IMG/VR virus record: IMGVR_UViG_3300020172_006270 | Span: 159,269 to 223,268 of that record | DNA length: 64,000 bases | Reading direction: 5' to 3' (one strand) | Shown: positions 8,757-17,804 of the stretch, in pieces | Numbering within the stretch: the stretch's first letter is position 1 | Layout: the number at the start of each line of letters is the position of its first letter | Notes under the pieces: generated by a model | Told to the model about the DNA's origin: nothing | The model's database searches: none | The model's input: the letters and a program-made list of their open reading frames with translations, nothing else | Program-made: the position numbers and the translations under genes

Positions 8757-10298
8757 ATGAGAACATTTACTGAAAGCCTACAAGTCACCACCAATCTCAG
8801 AATGGCCAAAGAATCATTCATTCTGATGTCCGAGCGTGGAGTTGACCCTAATGATTTTGTCGAGTGGTACACAACCGATGGAATCGGCATACAAGACCAG
8901 GGCTTGCTTGTAGAAGCATCCGAAGAATGGTTAGAAGGCCAAATCGCCAACTGGTTTAGAGACTATGCTGGTCAAAAGGGATTAGGCAAAGCTACCAATG
9001 CACTCGCCACAGGAATTGGTGGTGCTGCTGGTGCTGGCTTAGAAACGGCTAAAGGACTCGGTGGTGCCGCAGTTGATAATGCAACTGCTGCTGCCAATAG
9101 AGTTGGTGGGGCATTCAAGGCTGTAACAGGTTGGGGCAATAATCCCGCTCCTGCTTCTCCCGCAGGAGGCTCTGGCACTCCTGGTGGCAATCCCGGTGCT
9201 GCTCAACCACAAGCACAAGCACAAGCACAAGCACAAGCACAACCTCAAGCTCCTGAGCCTGCTTATGCACAACATGCCAAGAATGCGGCGACCGCAGTTG
9301 ACGCACTTTCTAAGCGTATGTCTAAGTCTAAATCGTTGATGGAAAAACTTGGCGGTCCATCTTTCCAAGCGGTAGTTGTTAATTTACTGAATATGCTCAA
9401 GAATCCATCTAATATGGTTCAAGCTGCTCCACAAGCAACTCCACAAGCACCAGCAAGTTCTAGTGCTGACACACCATCTTTTGAGTCAACTGGCTTCGGC
9501 AATTTCACTCGCAAGATTAGACTTCATAATGAAATCAAGACTGGTCTGCGAACTCTTCAACAACATAACATTGATCCTGTCAAGTTTGTTGATTGGTATA
9601 TCGAAGAAGGACAATACCTCAATGAAGGTATGTTTGATGGGGTAAAAGACTGGTTTGGTCGTCAATGGGCTAATGCTAAGGGTGCGTGGGGTCAATGGGG
9701 CAAGGCTGGTGACGAATATCAGGCCCAGAAAGATCAGGGTCGTGATAACGACGCTATTCAGCAAGCAATGCACGCCTTGGGCGAACTTGAAAAGGGAATG
9801 GGAGGCAGTCAGCCAGCAGAAGATTTTGCTGCTGTATTGAAGCAAGTTCAAGCAGGCTTGAATCAAGCATCACAGGCTCCGGCTGCTCCTGAATCACCAG
9901 CCGCCACTCCTGAAGCTGCTCCTGAAGCTGCTCCTGAAGCTGCTCCTGAATCACCAGCCGCCACTCCTGAAACACCTGCTCCATTTGATCCACTACAGTC
10001 ATACATGAAAGAATTGTTGAATGTCTCTAGTGCTGATCCTAAGACCATTCAATCCGAAGTACCAAAGATTATGGACTTTGCCAAGAAAGCAGGAGTCGAT
10101 CAAAACCAATTGTTGTCTCAACTGAAGGCACAGGGAATTGATCTCAAGAAATTGGGATTACCAGAACCAACTTACACTCCACCTTCAGAAGAAGAGTGGA
10201 TGAATGCAGTTCACGGTGGCGCAAACACACCGAGCTTTGAGAATAGAGTTCGTAGTGGAATGCCATTGTTCTTTGAGTATCTTAAACGGCGTGCTTAA
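8757..10298 (+). CDS. Large Ala/Pro/Gln-rich protein with internal duplication, putative internal head protein
   Basis: Repeated (V/I)DPxxFV(E/D)WY module; LVE/LNE/FE sites; QA and PEAA repeats. Confidence 0.7.
   Translation: MRTFTESLQVTTNLRMAKESFILMSERGVDPNDFVEWYTTDGIGIQDQGLLVEASEEWLEGQIANWFRDYAGQKGLGKATNALATGIGGAAGAGLETAKGLGGAAVDNATAAANRVGGAFKAVTGWGNNPAPASPAGGSGTPGGNPGAAQPQAQAQAQAQAQPQAPEPAYAQHAKNAATAVDALSKRMSKSKSLMEKLGGPSFQAVVVNLLNMLKNPSNMVQAAPQATPQAPASSSADTPSFESTGFGNFTRKIRLHNEIKTGLRTLQQHNIDPVKFVDWYIEEGQYLNEGMFDGVKDWFGRQWANAKGAWGQWGKAGDEYQAQKDQGRDNDAIQQAMHALGELEKGMGGSQPAEDFAAVLKQVQAGLNQASQAPAAPESPAATPEAAPEAAPEAAPESPAATPETPAPFDPLQSYMKELLNVSSADPKTIQSEVPKIMDFAKKAGVDQNQLLSQLKAQGIDLKKLGLPEPTYTPPSEEEWMNAVHGGANTPSFENRVRSGMPLFFEYLKRRA
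9209..9242 (+). repeat. (CAAGCA)n microsatellite encoding QAQAQA
   Basis: Tandem hexamer visible in sequence. Confidence 0.85.
9887..9972 (+). repeat. Direct repeats encoding PESPAAT / PEAA
   Basis: gaatcaccagccgccactcctgaa twice, flanking repeated gctgctcctgaa. Confidence 0.85.
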
Positions 10299-11541
10299 TG
10301 ATTTCGATGGCCTCGTCTACGTCGGCCATTGAGAATATCAAATGTGGTCTTAATCGAATTGACCGTTCTCCGCAAGGCAGGACGGTCATTCTTTTTAGTA
10401 GGTTATCTAAGACCGCATTGCGTGCTTCAGGCGTCTCTAAGTCAAACGCCAGCATCAATCCCTTGCCACGAACATTAGTGATGCGTGGAACCGTGAGAAG
10501 CTGCTTCAAGAAGTAGTCGCCTACTATGGCGACCCGATTCAGAATGTCGTCTTCCTTCATGATCTGAGCTATGTGCGTGAATCGGATCATGTCAATAATG
10601 TTGCCGCCCCACGTCGAGTTGATACGACTGGACTGCTTGAATACATTATCGGGAACTTCATCAATACGGGTGGTAGAAGCGAAACCACAGACCTGCGCTT
10701 TCTTCCCGAACGCTATCATATCTGGCCGCAGCCCGGCATGATGTTCGTAGGCCCATGTTGTCCCGGTCAAACCTACGCCGGTTTGAACTTCATCAAGTAT
10801 GAGCATAGCTTCATACTCAAAGGCCATTTTACGCAGGGCTGCAAAGTATTCGGAAGAAAAGTGGTTATCACCCCCTTCGCCTTGAATGGTTTCCAGAATA
10901 ATTGCGGCCACACGGTTTGTCTTGAGAGCGTCTTCTGCTTGTCGCAGCGAGAGTTCTTCGACCACCGTGGTTTCGCTTTCCACCAACGGGAAGTGTATCT
11001 TTGGATTCTTTATTCTGCTCCAATTGAATTTGGGGAACAAGGCAGTCTTATTTGCGAATGTATTGGTTAAAGAGAGTGTGTATCCGCTACGACCGTGGAA
11101 TGCTTGTTCCAGGTGTACGACATCTAGCGAATTAGCGTCGGCTTCGCTGAGGCCGAGTTTCTTCATCTTCCAATCAAATGCTGCTTTCAGGGCATTCTCT
11201 ACGCCCAGGGTGCCGCCTTCGACAAAGAAGAAATGATTGAAGTCTGGTGCAATACCTGCAAACGTATGGACGAACTCAGCCAATGGAACGCTGTAGTAGT
11301 CTGAGTTGGCAATTTTGTGGACAGCATACAGATTGATGCTTTCCATTTTTTCTTTTAGTTTGGGATGGTTCCATCCCAGGGGCATACTTGCGAATTGCGA
11401 GGAGCAATCAAGAAAAGGTTGTCCGGTTTTGGCGTCAACCAAGTGGGTGCCGAAACTTTTTTCAAAATCAATGACAATAGGCTCACCATCGCCGATGGTG
11501 TGTCTTTTCATGACATCATGTACTTGGTCCGGTCTAAACAT
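10282..11541 (-). CDS. lat: L-lysine 6-aminotransferase (class III PLP aminotransferase)
   Basis: VENALKAAFDWK, AFHGRSGYTLSLTNT, ETIQGEGGDNHF, DEVQTG, FGKK, RINSTWGG. Confidence 0.9.
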   Translation of the reverse strand: MFRPDQVHDVMKRHTIGDGEPIVIDFEKSFGTHLVDAKTGQPFLDCSSQFASMPLGWNHPKLKEKMESINLYAVHKIANSDYYSVPLAEFVHTFAGIAPDFNHFFFVEGGTLGVENALKAAFDWKMKKLGLSEADANSLDVVHLEQAFHGRSGYTLSLTNTFANKTALFPKFNWSRIKNPKIHFPLVESETTVVEELSLRQAEDALKTNRVAAIILETIQGEGGDNHFSSEYFAALRKMAFEYEAMLILDEVQTGVGLTGTTWAYEHHAGLRPDMIAFGKKAQVCGFASTTRIDEVPDNVFKQSSRINSTWGGNIIDMIRFTHIAQIMKEDDILNRVAIVGDYFLKQLLTVPRITNVRGKGLMLAFDLETPEARNAVLDNLLKRMTVLPCGERSIRLRPHLIFSMADVDEAIEIIKHAV

Positions 11542-11911
11542 TGAAGAACATCCTCGCCGTGGTCATCAGACAGAGTTGATGAATAAGCTGGTCTAGTCCG
11601 ACTACCACGAAAAATTTATGTACGTCCTGCTTTGCCCAAAAATACTTCGTGAATTGACTGGTGGTAATATCAGTCAGCCAATGTAAAACAAAGTTCACGC
11701 CGATGAACCAGAGGAGAGCTTCGCCGGTTACTTTATCGGCAAATGTAAGCCACGGGTTCAATAGGCCAACAAAGAGGACTAGACTGTATGTAGTGACGTG
11801 TAGGGTTAATGCCCAAGGGTTCTTGCTTTTGTTGTTTGCCATCCATCTGGTTTGGCAAACGAAATCCCCTAACCAATGGTTGAGAAACAAGACCCCTAGC
11901 ATTTCGTACAT
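11534..11911 (-). CDS. DUF3307-like membrane protein
   Basis: HWLGDFVCQT, H..TY, HWLTD, GLDQLIH. Confidence 0.8.
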   Translation of the reverse strand: MYEMLGVLFLNHWLGDFVCQTRWMANNKSKNPWALTLHVTTYSLVLFVGLLNPWLTFADKVTGEALLWFIGVNFVLHWLTDITTSQFTKYFWAKQDVHKFFVVVGLDQLIHQLCLMTTARMFFNV

Positions 11912-11924
11912 GGTCTACACCTTC

Positions 11925-12221
11925 TTAAATCCATCCATCTTTGATCGCCACCTTGATCTCTTCCATTGTAACCTTTCGGCTCAAGGTTTCGGATACCGCC
12001 TCGATAAAATGTTCCTCAATGCTTCGCTGAATCTCTCGGCGATACATTGGTCCCATTTTCATGGCGTCCAAATATGAGTTCATGTCAATTTGCCAATCCA
12101 GAAGCTCACCGTCAATGAAGATGGCTTTTTCAATACCACCGCCTTTGGCTGGCCGCATCTTAACTTCAAATCGTTTTTTTCCCTCTGGAGGCGTCGGGAA
12201 TTGGAGTATTTCTTCGCTCAT
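11925..12221 (-). CDS. Hypothetical protein (start revised to 12221)
   Basis: MSEEILQF..., ACTCTATTAT 4 nt before ATG; avoids overlap with divergent gene. Confidence 0.65.
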   Translation of the reverse strand: MSEEILQFPTPPEGKKRFEVKMRPAKGGGIEKAIFIDGELLDWQIDMNSYLDAMKMGPMYRREIQRSIEEHFIEAVSETLSRKVTMEEIKVAIKDGWI

Positions 12222-12254
12222 GACAATAATAGAGTTCGACTGCGTAAATATTGT

Positions 12255-12791
12255 ATGCGTTTTCACAATTGGCTAGTTTTGCAGGAATCTAACCTACAAG
12301 ACCTCTATACAAGTACGGTTCAAGCCTTCCCCCGGACGACCAAAAGACAACATGCCACCGATTTAGTTCGGATCATCGAGTTGAATTGGACGCCCTTCTT
12401 GGGGGTCAAAACCCTATTCATAAAGGGTATTGCGCATAGCGAAGAAAGCGGAAAAGAATATTCCCCAATGGTATTGTTCAAAGGTGTGAATTATCACAAC
12501 GCCAAGGACAACCAGAATTGGATCGAGATTGTAGCGAATGATGGTCGTCACTACGTCTTTGAAAGACTCAGTAACGATAACGATGTGTTAGTTCGGTGTG
12601 ATTGTAATGATTTCAAATGGCGTTTCAACTACACAGATCACATAGATACATCGTTGTATGGGAGAGTCAGAAAGAAGTACGAAGCGAATGTGAATCCTGG
12701 CTCGGCGAATCCGCTCGAAATGCCGGGAATGTGCAAGCACTTAATCAAACTCGTGCAATCTCTCGATCACGCTGGAATCTTGGAGGATTAA
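12255..12791 (+). CDS. SWIM Zn-finger protein with CTS-like N-terminus (start revised to 12255)
   Basis: CDCNDF...MCKHL; MRFHNWLVLQE; TAAATA 4 nt before ATG. Confidence 0.75.
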   Translation: MRFHNWLVLQESNLQDLYTSTVQAFPRTTKRQHATDLVRIIELNWTPFLGVKTLFIKGIAHSEESGKEYSPMVLFKGVNYHNAKDNQNWIEIVANDGRHYVFERLSNDNDVLVRCDCNDFKWRFNYTDHIDTSLYGRVRKKYEANVNPGSANPLEMPGMCKHLIKLVQSLDHAGILED

Positions 12792-12795
12792 CCAT

Positions 12796-13359
12796 ATGGA
12801 AAAGGAATTTGAATTGTTGATTGAGGCACTGAAAAAGTTCGATGGTTTTACACTGATCGACACCAGTGCTGAAGCAACCTGGATACATTTTAAGCTAACA
12901 GAAGAAACAAGTTTGGTGAACATATCAAACCAAGTTTCGGATATTAAAGAACAACACCCTTGCAGTCTCTTGGTATTGGCCAATCAGGACAATCCAGATG
13001 ACTTCTCGTACCAACTCATCATTGAAGCAGATGATCGGTTGATGGCAATGAAAGTATTGACAAAGAAGTTGAACACCATCCTAGAAGCTGGTGGTGATGC
13101 TATGCGGGCCAAGCATAAAGAATTGGGCCTGCCTGATCTTTCCCTTGTGACCATCCGTCAAATGGCAATGGAATTGAAGCAGCGTCACAACTTGACGTTT
13201 GCTCTGGTTTGGATTGAGAACAATGAGCGAGACAATATCGCTATTGAAGGAAGTGGCAATCCAACGCAGCTTGTGGGCCTCTTGGCAAGAGGATCACACA
13301 TGGCAATCGAATGGGCCGACAAGAACATTAAGTTCTATCGTCCACGAGATGAAGAATAA
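12796..13359 (+). CDS. Hypothetical protein
   Basis: SD GGAGG; followed by terminator. Confidence 0.75.
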   Translation: MEKEFELLIEALKKFDGFTLIDTSAEATWIHFKLTEETSLVNISNQVSDIKEQHPCSLLVLANQDNPDDFSYQLIIEADDRLMAMKVLTKKLNTILEAGGDAMRAKHKELGLPDLSLVTIRQMAMELKQRHNLTFALVWIENNERDNIAIEGSGNPTQLVGLLARGSHMAIEWADKNIKFYRPRDEE

Positions 13360-13372
13360 TCTCTGTAGAAAC

Positions 13373-13408
13373 AAAAACAGGTCCGGTGTATCGACACCGG
13401 ACCTGCTT
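13373..13408. terminator. Intrinsic terminator between convergent genes
   Basis: caggtccggtgt/acaccggacctg stem. Confidence 0.75.
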
Positions 13409-13513
13409 CTGCTTAATTAGAAAGGCTAATAAGGATGAGTTTTGCCTTTTTCCAAAAAGAAATGCTGCCGGGCATTTCAATTTGCTTCATTCAATTCTTT
13501 CGTGTTCAGTTAA

Positions 13514-13852
13514 TTAGCTGCCGATCTTAACGACGGCCCAATTGACTACTGCACCGGAACCACCTGTTGCTGTGAAGCCCCACTGATCGGTGTCTGAAAT
13601 CGCTGCCAAAGCAGTCGATACATAAACGTGTGCGCTTGTGTTGGCCGACAGGATAACGACATAATCGCTAACTGCACCAACCAAAGCTGGAAATTCTACG
13701 ACGCCAGTTGTGCCGGTCAAAGTAATCTTACCAGCAGCAGAAACCTTCGGACCAATCAACTTGGCTACGCCAAGAGACATATGCTCCGAACCCTTCTGAA
13801 TGCCAGCTACACTTCCTGGACCGCTAACGCCTGTTACGCTTGTTGCTCCCAT
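13514..13852 (-). CDS. Small beta-rich putative virion protein, paralog of 25581..25943
   Basis: MGATSVTGVSGPG N-terminus; G/S/T/V-rich; SD AAGGAG. Confidence 0.7.
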   Translation of the reverse strand: MGATSVTGVSGPGSVAGIQKGSEHMSLGVAKLIGPKVSAAGKITLTGTTGVVEFPALVGAVSDYVVILSANTSAHVYVSTALAAISDTDQWGFTATGGSGAVVNWAVVKIGS

Positions 13853-13988
13853 AGTATTTTATCTCCTTTAATACGAGTGAACTTTTTGTTCACAATAGCT
13901 ATGCAGGCCATATTTTTATTCCGATTTCGTCTACATATCTTCGGGAAAAATATTGCGAAACGTATATAGGGTATACAAGGAGACAATT

Positions 13989-14561
13989 ATGACTTATCAG
14001 TGCGGACCAACATTAAAAGACAGCCAGCGACAAGTATTGTACGGGACCATCCTTGGAGGTTCCTCGATCATTCACCCTGAGCGTGGCAAGAACTGCTACC
14101 TCGCCATGCGTGACCACGACAATATGTGGTTGTCCTATAAGATCGAGGTCTTGAAAGATTTTTTCAAGATCGACCAGAATACCATCAAAAAGGACAAGAA
14201 CACTTACAGGTGTTACAGTGTGGCGTTCCCGATTTTCAATGAAGCGTATGAAATGTACTACAAAGACGGGGCCAAGACGGTCACTCGTGAAATGCTGGAG
14301 ATTTTGACAGACGAAGCCTGGATGGTTTGGTTCGTTGATGCCGGTCGGAAAAGTAAAAGAAAAGCCTATCTGCGAACTCACAAGTTTGGAGAAGAAGGCA
14401 CCAAGATCATAGCGGAATACTTTAATTCCCTAGATTGCTTCTGTGATGTGCATCAATGCCGAGGCAGATACGAAATTGTGTTTACCAACAAGGGAGCTTT
14501 TGAATTGCTTTCAATTATCGCTCCCAAGTTGCCTTCGTTCTTGATTGAGAAGTACGAGTGA
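13989..14561 (+). CDS. LAGLIDADG_2-family protein with degenerate catalytic motifs (start revised to 13989)
   Basis: GTILGGSSI and WFVDAG in place of GxLLGDG / WxMDDG; LRTHKF; SD AAGGAG. Confidence 0.7.
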   Translation: MTYQCGPTLKDSQRQVLYGTILGGSSIIHPERGKNCYLAMRDHDNMWLSYKIEVLKDFFKIDQNTIKKDKNTYRCYSVAFPIFNEAYEMYYKDGAKTVTREMLEILTDEAWMVWFVDAGRKSKRKAYLRTHKFGEEGTKIIAEYFNSLDCFCDVHQCRGRYEIVFTNKGAFELLSIIAPKLPSFLIEKYE

Positions 14562-14590
14562 TACATAAGGCAAACCATTGAGGAATTGCC

Positions 14591-15310
14591 ATGTATGATG
14601 CGGTCATTATTTCTGATTTACACCTTGGCAGCACGATTTGTCAAGCAAAGCAAATTTTGAAGTTTTTGCATCTGATAGAAGAGGATCAGAGCTTCACACA
14701 GAGATTGATCCTCAATGGTGACGTTTTTGATTCATGGGACTTCCGGCGATTATGCAAGAATCAATGGAAGGTATTGTCAAAGCTAAGAAAACTTTCCGAT
14801 GAAATTCAAATCATTTGGATCAACGGCAATCACGATGGTCCAGCGGAGATTATTTCTCAGCTTTTAGGCATTGAGGTTGTTGAAGAACTTATATTTGAAA
14901 GTGGAGACAAAAAAGTATTGGCCTTGCATGGTCATATTTTTGATGACTTCATTAGTGATTACCCTGTGCTTACTTGTTTGGCCGATCAGATTTATCGCTG
15001 GCTTCAAAAGATTCATATCTATTGGGCCAGAAGTGCAAAGAAGTGCAGCAAGACATTTCTTCGTTGCTCCGATAAGATTGAACGAGATGCAAAGAAATAT
15101 GCTATTGCAAAAAAATGTCAAATAGTGTGTTGTGGTCATACGCATTTAGAAATAGAGCATCCAGGTGAAATAGGTTATTTCAATAGTGGATGCTGGACAG
15201 AACTGCCTTGTACTTATTTGATCGTTTCCAATGGAGATGTGTTTGTACACAAATTTTATGATGAGCAAGCAAATAATCATAGCGACGGATGCGTGGGAGC
15301 CGCAGCTTAA
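14591..15310 (+). CDS. Metallophosphoesterase, LpxH2/PlcP-like
   Basis: ISDLHLG, LNGDVFD, GNHD, LHGH, CGHTH, NSGCW. Confidence 0.85.
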   Translation: MYDAVIISDLHLGSTICQAKQILKFLHLIEEDQSFTQRLILNGDVFDSWDFRRLCKNQWKVLSKLRKLSDEIQIIWINGNHDGPAEIISQLLGIEVVEELIFESGDKKVLALHGHIFDDFISDYPVLTCLADQIYRWLQKIHIYWARSAKKCSKTFLRCSDKIERDAKKYAIAKKCQIVCCGHTHLEIEHPGEIGYFNSGCWTELPCTYLIVSNGDVFVHKFYDEQANNHSDGCVGAAA

Positions 15311-16274
15311 CGGCGTTGCCCGCACACTCAAACAAACTGCATACTGTCTCTCACAGATGGGACACACAGTCCAGGTTATTCAACCTGGACTCTTTCGTTC
15401 CGTTCCATGTCCATTCTCTTCTGACGTTAGATTGGCATACGGGATTAAGTCCAAGTATTTAGCAGATGTGATTCAGCGACCTTGTGCGGTTCACATCTCG
15501 ACAGAAGGGCCGATAGGCTTGGCTGTTCGTAGACATTGCATTAAAAACAAAATACCTTTCACCACTGCTTACCACACCAAGTTTCCTGAGTATTTGAAAA
15601 AATATACTCACGTTCCGCTTTGGATGACAAGAAGTTACTTGAGATGGTTTCACGGACCTTCTGAAGCAATCATGGCGACCACGCCGAGCTTGATGTCTTC
15701 TGTTAAAGGCATAAAGATTAAGTCTGATGTGAAACTTTGGACTCGTGGAGTTGATTTTGGTTTGTTTCATCCTCGGCCAAAAACCATTGCGATGGATAAG
15801 CCAGTTGGAATATACGTTGGAAGAATATCAAAAGAAAAAAGCATCGAAGACTTCTTGTCCCTGGATTTGGACATTGAAAAAATCGTGGTCGGCGATGGGC
15901 CTATTCTGAATAATCTTAAACGAAAATATCCACAAGCAATATTTACTGGTCCTTTAAGGGGCGAAGCATTAGCTCAGATGTATTGCAACGCAGATGTGTT
16001 TGTTTTCCCAAGTAAAACTGACACTTTCGGATTGGTCGTATTGGAATCAATTGCGTGTGGCGTGCCTGTGGCCTGCTATCCAGTCGAAGGTCCAGGCGAG
16101 ATCATTGGAGATGGACAAAATCCGGGTATAGGCAAAGCCTCGTGGGATTTGAAAGAGGCAGTAGAACACTGCCTAAAAATAAAATCCGTGCAAGCCTGTT
16201 TGACGTTTGCAAAAAAGCATTCGTGGGAGGCTTGCACGGATCAGTTTTTCAATAACTTAACTTTTGCGGATTAA
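15258..16274 (+). CDS. GT4 glycosyltransferase, Agt-like
   Basis: TDAWEPQLNGVARTL, HISTEGPIG, YHTKFPEY, YVGRISKEK, FPSKTDTFGLVVLE. Confidence 0.9.
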   Translation: MMSKQIIIATDAWEPQLNGVARTLKQTAYCLSQMGHTVQVIQPGLFRSVPCPFSSDVRLAYGIKSKYLADVIQRPCAVHISTEGPIGLAVRRHCIKNKIPFTTAYHTKFPEYLKKYTHVPLWMTRSYLRWFHGPSEAIMATTPSLMSSVKGIKIKSDVKLWTRGVDFGLFHPRPKTIAMDKPVGIYVGRISKEKSIEDFLSLDLDIEKIVVGDGPILNNLKRKYPQAIFTGPLRGEALAQMYCNADVFVFPSKTDTFGLVVLESIACGVPVACYPVEGPGEIIGDGQNPGIGKASWDLKEAVEHCLKIKSVQACLTFAKKHSWEACTDQFFNNLTFAD

Positions 16275-16475
16275 CGATCAGAATAACTCCTGGGGACATA
16301 AGCATCCCATTCCCATTTATCTGACCAGCTTTGCCATTCTACATTTCTGTATCGCTTGTTTGGCTTTTGTTTGATTTCAATATTTGAGGCCCGAATATCA
16401 ACATGATAGACGGGCTTTTCAAATACAAAAAAATTACAATAGTCCACAAAATTGAAAGACGTGAAAAGCCTTTCA

Positions 16476-16934
16476 CTATCTGATGTTTAAGCTAAAGCCT
16501 GGAACTCTCAGCGAGAACCCTGGTGGGCAATGCTGCTCGTGATAGTATGGACGATTGCAGCCACGATCATGAACTCCGATCTGGTAGCCCTGAACATATT
16601 CTGGGCAGTTCTGACGCATTCCTAGACCACTCCATCCATCTGAATATCCCTGCCAGAATTCGTTTCTGTTGTGATATTGTGGATAGGCTTGTGGGTATGG
16701 ACGACCAATGATGATCTGTTGTGCTGGTGGCGTCACGATGATTTGTGGCGCAGGTTGCTGTTGTGCTGGTCTTTCTCTTGGGAAATTGCCCTTGAAGTGC
16801 GGAGTGCTTATTTCGATCCGATCTCGGTGATCGCAATGCTCATCTTCGTCAAGAAGCCATTTTCCTGTAATGACAATCGCTACGAATCCTAACAGACCCA
16901 CAACGATAACAGCGACAGAGTTGTTGTTGCTCAT
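16476..16934 (-). CDS. Membrane-anchored protein with GYxDG motif domain (start revised to 16934)
   Basis: TM helix, Q/P linker, FWQGYSDGW...YVQGYQIGVHDR; paralog of 22501..22872. Confidence 0.7.
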   Translation of the reverse strand: MSNNNSVAVIVVGLLGFVAIVITGKWLLDEDEHCDHRDRIEISTPHFKGNFPRERPAQQQPAPQIIVTPPAQQIIIGRPYPQAYPQYHNRNEFWQGYSDGWSGLGMRQNCPEYVQGYQIGVHDRGCNRPYYHEQHCPPGFSLRVPGFSLNIR

Positions 16935-17041
16935 ATCTTCCTCCATGTTGATTGATGATTTCTCTATCAAATGTATTTATGTCTTTCTAAGGGCTTTTTT
17001 GAATAATCAAAGTTGCTTATAATGCACTCAGGAGAAAATAC

Positions 17042-17539
17042 ATGGGTCAGAAGTTTATTTGGTCTGCGGAATGGAGAGACGATAAGACATGGCAGCTTAT
17101 CGCACCGCCTGCTCCTGTACAAATTGGCACACGTCCACATTTGACCATAGAAGAAATAGCCGTGCAGCATGGCAATAATACTGCGTGGATACCCGGCAAG
17201 GCATCCTGGAATGAAACAAAGATCACCTATAACGACGTAGAAAATGAAGAAGGTGGTGCGTTGTTTATGCGATGGGTGTCTGAGCAATATCGTGCCTTAG
17301 ACACAACAGAAAGCCGTGGCTGGCAATCAGAACGAGCGACAGTTATTTTGAGGCTACATGGTGGAAATGGTGAAGTTTTAGAAGTGTGGTACTTGGAAGA
17401 TTCTTTTATCACCGCTCTGGATTTTGGCTGTCCAGGCTACACTAGCTCCTTAGATTACGAGCTAAATGTTGCTGTTAGATATTCCGATGTCAGCTATTCG
17501 ACACCTGATCCTAAAACATGGCTGAAGCCACTTACTTGA
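17042..17539 (+). CDS. T4 gp19-like tail tube family protein (orphan paralog)
   Basis: RPxLTIEE, PGKASW, ITYxD, NGEVLEVWxL, LDFG, VRY pattern of gp19 family. Confidence 0.7.
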   Translation: MGQKFIWSAEWRDDKTWQLIAPPAPVQIGTRPHLTIEEIAVQHGNNTAWIPGKASWNETKITYNDVENEEGGALFMRWVSEQYRALDTTESRGWQSERATVILRLHGGNGEVLEVWYLEDSFITALDFGCPGYTSSLDYELNVAVRYSDVSYSTPDPKTWLKPLT

Positions 17540-17732
17540 CGGGAACTGCTGTTGCACCACCTGCTCCTTTGCAAGCTCCACCTGGGCCGGGACCACCACC
17601 CATGCCACACAATTTTAGATCGTGTGGTTTTGGAGTTGTATCTTTTGGGCCGGGCTTAAACAAAGAGTCTTGAGCCTTCCCTTTGCTGATCCAACCGCCT
17701 TCGTTCAATGATAGCCAATGTTTGAAATCCAT
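17532..17732 (-). CDS. Small protein with CTS-like N-terminus
   Basis: MDFKHWLSLNE; TACATA 4 nt before ATG. Confidence 0.7.
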   Translation of the reverse strand: MDFKHWLSLNEGGWISKGKAQDSLFKPGPKDTTPKPHDLKLCGMGGGPGPGGACKGAGGATAVPVK

Positions 17733-17754
17733 GAAGTATGTACGCTCGGCGCAT

Positions 17755-17786
17755 AAAAAAAGGACGGCATGAAAGCCGTCCTTTAT
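17755..17786 (-). terminator. Intrinsic terminator
   Basis: aaaggacggc/gccgtccttt stem + T7 on - strand. Confidence 0.8.
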
Positions 17787-17804
17787 CCTTCCCGCAATTG
17801 GGTA

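Noticed and set aside
13838-13852. N-myristoylation signal in the MGAxS proteins
   Set aside because: Residue 6 is Val rather than Ser/Thr, and the context is a bacteriophage.
13989-14561. Group I intron or mobile homing element around the LAGLIDADG ORF
   Set aside because: Flanking genes are intact, and the ORF has its own SD with degenerate catalytic motifs.
6227-16274. Host chromosomal DNA or prophage boundary at the metabolic genes
   Set aside because: Metabolic genes are interleaved with phage-type ORFs and the same promoter boxes; no integrase or att site.
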